Positions 60,533 to 64,000 of a stretch of 64,000 bases of DNA are shown piece by piece; within the stretch, counting starts at the first letter, position 1, and every line of letters begins with the position of its first letter. The translations under genes were made by a program, and so were the position numbers. Source of the DNA: an uncultured bacterium (GTDB lineage Bacteria; Acidobacteriota; Aminicenantia; Aminicenantales; Saccharicenantaceae); contig CAWDSL010000024.1 of NCBI GenBank assembly GCA_963805015.1, positions 180,408 through 244,407 on the forward strand, written 5' to 3'. The notes below the pieces were generated by a model, which was given only the letters and a program-made list of their open reading frames with translations, was not told where the DNA came from and did no database searches.

Positions 60533-61687
60533 ATGATCCTCTGCGGAGGCAAGGGCGAGCGCCTCTACCCGCTGACGCGCGACCGGGCCAAGCCGTCCGT
60601 GCCGTTCCTCGGCGCCTATCGGATCGTCGACTTCAGCCTGTCGAACGCGCTCAACTCCGGGCTCCGCCGGATCGCCCTCCTGACCCAGTACAAGTCGCTG
60701 TCCCTCGACCGCCACATCATCAACGGCTGGAACATCTTCCATGCCGAAAGCGGTGATTTTATCCTGTCTCTCTCGGCCCAGGGCCGGGTCAGCGACAACT
60801 GGTACGAGGGCACGGCCGACGCCGTCTTCCAGAACATCTATACCATCCAGCAGGAGAATCCCGAGGCGGTCCTGGTCCTGTCGGGGGACCATGTCTACAC
60901 CGCGGATTACCGGAGGCTGCTCATCTTCTTCGGCCAGGCCCAGGCCGACGCGCTCATCATGACCCGGACCATCCCCGTCGAGGAGGCTTCGCGCTTCGGC
61001 GTCATCGGCGTCGACGGCGAGCGCCGCATCGTCCAATTCATGGAGAAGCCGCGCAAGCCCTTCCCGACGCCGTGGGACCCCGGCCGGAGCCTCATCTCCA
61101 TGGGCGTCTACCTGTTCAAGACCCCGGTCCTGATCAAGGCCCTGCTCAAGGACGCCCGGAATCCCAAGAGCTCCCACGACTTCGGCAAGGACATCATCCC
61201 GTCGCTGATAAGCGGCCACCGCGTCTTCGCCTACACCTTCGACGACTACTGGGAGGACATCGGCACGATCGACGCCTACTGGGAGGCCAACATGGCCTTC
61301 CTCGAGCCGTCCCCGCCGGTCATCCTGCGCGATCCGGCCTGGCCGGTCCGGACATACAAGCCGCAGTACCCGCCGACCTTCGTCACGGGCGGCGACCTGC
61401 GCGCGTCGATCATCGGCCCCGGCAGCTCCTTCACCGACTGTCGCATCGTCCACTCCATCATCGGTCCGGGCGTGCGCGTCGACGAGGGGGCGGAGATCAT
61501 CGACTCGATCGTCTTCGGCGATACCCACGTCCGCCGGGGCGCCCGGCTCCGCCGGGCCATCGTCGACAAGTCCTCCGTCCTGCCCGAGCGCTTCGAGGCC
61601 GGCTTCGACGCGGACCGGGATGCCCGCAACTTCAAGATCAGCCGGGCCGGGATCCGGGTCGTGCCCAAGGGGTGGACGTCCGAATGA
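60533..61687 (+). CDS. glgC: glucose-1-phosphate adenylyltransferase
   Basis: The start was reassigned to MILCGGKGERLYPLTRDRAKPSVPFLG (canonical GlgC N-terminus); left-handed beta-helix C-terminus; 384 aa. Confidence 0.85.
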   Translation: MILCGGKGERLYPLTRDRAKPSVPFLGAYRIVDFSLSNALNSGLRRIALLTQYKSLSLDRHIINGWNIFHAESGDFILSLSAQGRVSDNWYEGTADAVFQNIYTIQQENPEAVLVLSGDHVYTADYRRLLIFFGQAQADALIMTRTIPVEEASRFGVIGVDGERRIVQFMEKPRKPFPTPWDPGRSLISMGVYLFKTPVLIKALLKDARNPKSSHDFGKDIIPSLISGHRVFAYTFDDYWEDIGTIDAYWEANMAFLEPSPPVILRDPAWPVRTYKPQYPPTFVTGGDLRASIIGPGSSFTDCRIVHSIIGPGVRVDEGAEIIDSIVFGDTHVRRGARLRRAIVDKSSVLPERFEAGFDADRDARNFKISRAGIRVVPKGWTSE

Positions 61688-63033
61688 TCGAAACCTTCAA
61701 CATCCTCTCGCCCGACTTCGAGCGCGACGCGCCCCGGGAGCTGATGCTGCTGTCGATCATCTCCCAGAGCTTCTTCCAGCCTTTCTCGCTCGAGGACAAC
61801 CTCCTGGTCATCCTGACGGCCCTGACCTCGGGCTCGGGCGTCGGCTTCAACCGGGCCATGCTGTTCCTCCGGCAGGGCGACCGCCTCAAGGGGGAGATGT
61901 GGCTGGGCCCGCGCTCGGCCGAGGAGGCCGGCCTCATCTGGGAGGTCCTGTCGACGCCCGGCATAGGCTACGTCGAGATCCTCGAGCACAACCGGGCCCT
62001 CGTCGCCAAGAACCAGGACACCCTGAGCGGGCGCCTCAAGGGCCTCGTCTACGCGGCCGACGAGGAGTCGGCCCTCGTCCCGGCCTCGGCGGCCTGCCGC
62101 AAGGAGCTCCTCCACGTCCGCGACGCCGCGAACGATCCCCTGGTCGACCGCCGCTTCCTCAATCTCATCGGGGTCGACGAGTTCCTGTGCGTGCCGCTCC
62201 TCGCCCGGGACGACGTGGTGGGCGTCATCGTCCTCGACAACGCCATCACCCGGAACCCCATCGCCGCCTCCGACATCAAGCTGGCCGGCGTCTGCGGCCT
62301 CATGGCCGGCAATTACATCTACTCGACGAACCTCCACAAAAAGCTCCTGGAGATGGAGAAGATGGCGGCCATGGGCGAGGTGGCCCTATTCGTCACCCAC
62401 CAGCTGCGCAATCCCATCGTGGCCGTCGGCGGCTTCACCGACCAGCTCCTGAAGCCCGACGTCCCGGAGGACAAGAAGCGGCGCAACCTGGCCATCATCC
62501 GCGACGAGGTCCGGCGCCTCGAGGACATCATCTACCAGATGGGCCACTTCCTCAAAGTCAGCCTCAAGGAGCCCGTCTATTTCGATCCCGGACCGGCCGT
62601 GGCCGCGGTCGCCGGGAGCCCTGAGATCCAGGCCAAGGCCAGCGGCTACGACCTGAGCGTCCGGGTCGATCCCTGCCCGCCCGAGATCCTGTGCGATCCG
62701 ACCTCGTTCGGCGAGGTCGTCCGTAACCTCCTCGACAACGCCATCGACGCCACCCCCCCGGGCGGGGCGGTCGCCGTCCGGGGCTACCGGAAGAACCGGA
62801 CCGAGTACATCGTGTCGGTCCGCGACAACGGCAGGGGGATCAGCAATCCGGACAAGGACCAGCTCTTCCGCCCCTTCTTCACCACCAAGGAGAAGGGCAT
62901 GGGCCTCGGCCTGCCCTTCATCAAGCGGGTCATGGACACCTGCGGCGGCAAGATCGACGTCCAGAGCCGGGTGGGGAAGGGGACCATTTTCAAGCTGACC
63001 TTCAATTACCGAGAAAGGGAGCCGAATCCATGA
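61684..63033 (+). CDS. cytoplasmic GAF-domain sensor histidine kinase
   Basis: GAF region followed by the H-box VTHQLRNPI and an HATPase_c domain (N box LLDNAIDA, G boxes DNGRGI / GMGLGL); the ATG overlaps the glgC stop. Confidence 0.85.
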   Translation: MIETFNILSPDFERDAPRELMLLSIISQSFFQPFSLEDNLLVILTALTSGSGVGFNRAMLFLRQGDRLKGEMWLGPRSAEEAGLIWEVLSTPGIGYVEILEHNRALVAKNQDTLSGRLKGLVYAADEESALVPASAACRKELLHVRDAANDPLVDRRFLNLIGVDEFLCVPLLARDDVVGVIVLDNAITRNPIAASDIKLAGVCGLMAGNYIYSTNLHKKLLEMEKMAAMGEVALFVTHQLRNPIVAVGGFTDQLLKPDVPEDKKRRNLAIIRDEVRRLEDIIYQMGHFLKVSLKEPVYFDPGPAVAAVAGSPEIQAKASGYDLSVRVDPCPPEILCDPTSFGEVVRNLLDNAIDATPPGGAVAVRGYRKNRTEYIVSVRDNGRGISNPDKDQLFRPFFTTKEKGMGLGLPFIKRVMDTCGGKIDVQSRVGKGTIFKLTFNYREREPNP

Positions 63034-63386
63034 GAAAGAAGATCCTGCTCGTCGAGGACGAGAAGGCCCTCTGCCTTCTCTACGAAGAAGAGCTGAGCCG
63101 GGACGGCTACGAGGTCGTCGCCGTGCAAGACGCCGAGGCGGCCCTGGCCGAGATCGGCCGGACGGCCTTCGACCTGATCATCACGGACATCCGCATGCCG
63201 GGCAAGAACGGCATCGAGCTCATCACCCAGATCATGGGGCTGCGCAAGGACGTGCCGATCATCATCAACTCGGCCTACCAGAGCTACAAGGAGGACTTCA
63301 TGACCTGGGCGGCCGACGCCTATGTCGTCAAGTCCGCCTCCCTCGACGAGCTCAAGTCCAAGATCAAAGAAATGCTGGGGGAATGA
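63030..63386 (+). CDS. stand-alone response regulator receiver (CheY-like)
   Basis: KILLVEDE...DLIITDIRMPGKNG...; 118 aa; overlaps the histidine kinase stop (ATGA). Confidence 0.88.
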   Translation: MRKKILLVEDEKALCLLYEEELSRDGYEVVAVQDAEAALAEIGRTAFDLIITDIRMPGKNGIELITQIMGLRKDVPIIINSAYQSYKEDFMTWAADAYVVKSASLDELKSKIKEMLGE

Positions 63387-64000
63387 TGTCGGAACTGAGG
63401 AAAGATCTCGTCAGCGGCCGCTGGGTCATTATCGCCACGGAGCGGGCCAAGCGGCCCGACGATTTCCGGCCGGGCGGCGGCCCGGCCGCCCCGGCCGCCG
63501 AAGCCGTCGGCTTCTGCCCTTTCTGCGAGGGCAACGAAAGCAAGACCCCGCCCGAGGTCTTCGCCCTCCGCGCACCCGGGACGGCGGCCGATTCGCCGGG
63601 CTGGACCGTCCGGGTCGTGCCCAACAAGTTCCCGGCTCTCAACCGCGGCACGCCGCCGCCCAAGGCCGGCGAGGGCGTCTTCCAGTGGATGGAGGGGACC
63701 GGCGTCCACGAGGTGGTCATCGAGAACCCCGTCCACGCCTTCGAGCTCTCCGACCTCCCGGTCGCCCACGTCCGGGACGTCCTGCGCGTCTTCCAGCAGA
63801 GGATCCGCACGATCGAGAGCGAGCTCCATTACCAGTACGTCCAGCTTTTCAAGAACAAGGGCAAGGAGGCGGGGGCCTCCCTGAGCCACCCGCACTCGCA
63901 GATCGTGGCCACGCCCATCGTCCCCAAGCGCATCAAGGAGGAGATATACGGGGCCGACCGGATGCTCCGGGCTTTCAAGGAGTGCGGCTTCTGCCGCATC
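63383..64000 (+). CDS. galT: galactose-1-phosphate uridylyltransferase (HIT family), 3'-truncated by the window end
   Basis: MMSELRKDLVSGRWVIIATERAKRP, CPFCEGNE and HPHSQI (HxHxQ-like) motifs; the ORF is open to the window end. Confidence 0.8.
   Translation, partial: MMSELRKDLVSGRWVIIATERAKRPDDFRPGGGPAAPAAEAVGFCPFCEGNESKTPPEVFALRAPGTAADSPGWTVRVVPNKFPALNRGTPPPKAGEGVFQWMEGTGVHEVVIENPVHAFELSDLPVAHVRDVLRVFQQRIRTIESELHYQYVQLFKNKGKEAGASLSHPHSQIVATPIVPKRIKEEIYGADRMLRAFKECGFCRI

Overview
Dense, high-GC (about 68%) bacterial chromosomal segment carrying roughly 60 protein genes, one RNase P RNA and one initiator tRNA. Most genes are tightly packed and translationally coupled through ATGA, GTGA or TTGA start/stop overlaps. 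Content is mostly housekeeping:
- two secreted M16 peptidase pairs, several M20, M24 and M28 peptidases, and an orphan sigma-54 activator
- RNase P RNA (rnpB), a stand-alone nuoJKLMN module, ychF, and initiator tRNA-fMet
- an asnS-rimO-pgpA-cinA-thpR-plsY-gpsA operon, serA-serC, ftcD, ahcY and znuACB
- a long plus-strand operon joining archaeal-type purO with an AICARFT-only purH, an M28 peptidase, GH57 alpha-glucan enzymes, glgC, a two-component pair and galT.

No transposase, integrase, CRISPR array or recognisable defence or toxin genes were seen. Several promoters are near-consensus sigma-70 sites placed 7-13 nt from the start codon, which suggests leaderless mRNAs.

The most unusual signals are:
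1. A roughly 120-nt intergenic element present twice in opposite orientation (25.2 kb and 43.3 kb), with two hairpins whose stems covary while the loops are conserved. It is a candidate novel structured ncRNA or REP-like repeat.
2. A divergent locus built around a long palindrome flanked by direct repeats. It controls a PurF homolog lacking the catalytic Cys1 on one side, and an M24 peptidase, a carbamoylase-like CN-hydrolase and an RfaH-like NusG paralog on the other.
3. Four apparent +1 frameshifts, each a single-base insertion in a short homopolymer, that split hyuA, rimO and purH (twice). The pattern looks more like consensus errors than true pseudogenes.
4. A roughly 0.5-kb AT-rich island encoding a small four-helix membrane protein next to an FmdB-type zinc-ribbon gene.

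Coordinates derived by hand counting of the printed sequence (RNA genes, promoters, repeats) may be off by one or two nucleotides. CDS coordinates are anchored to the supplied ORF track.
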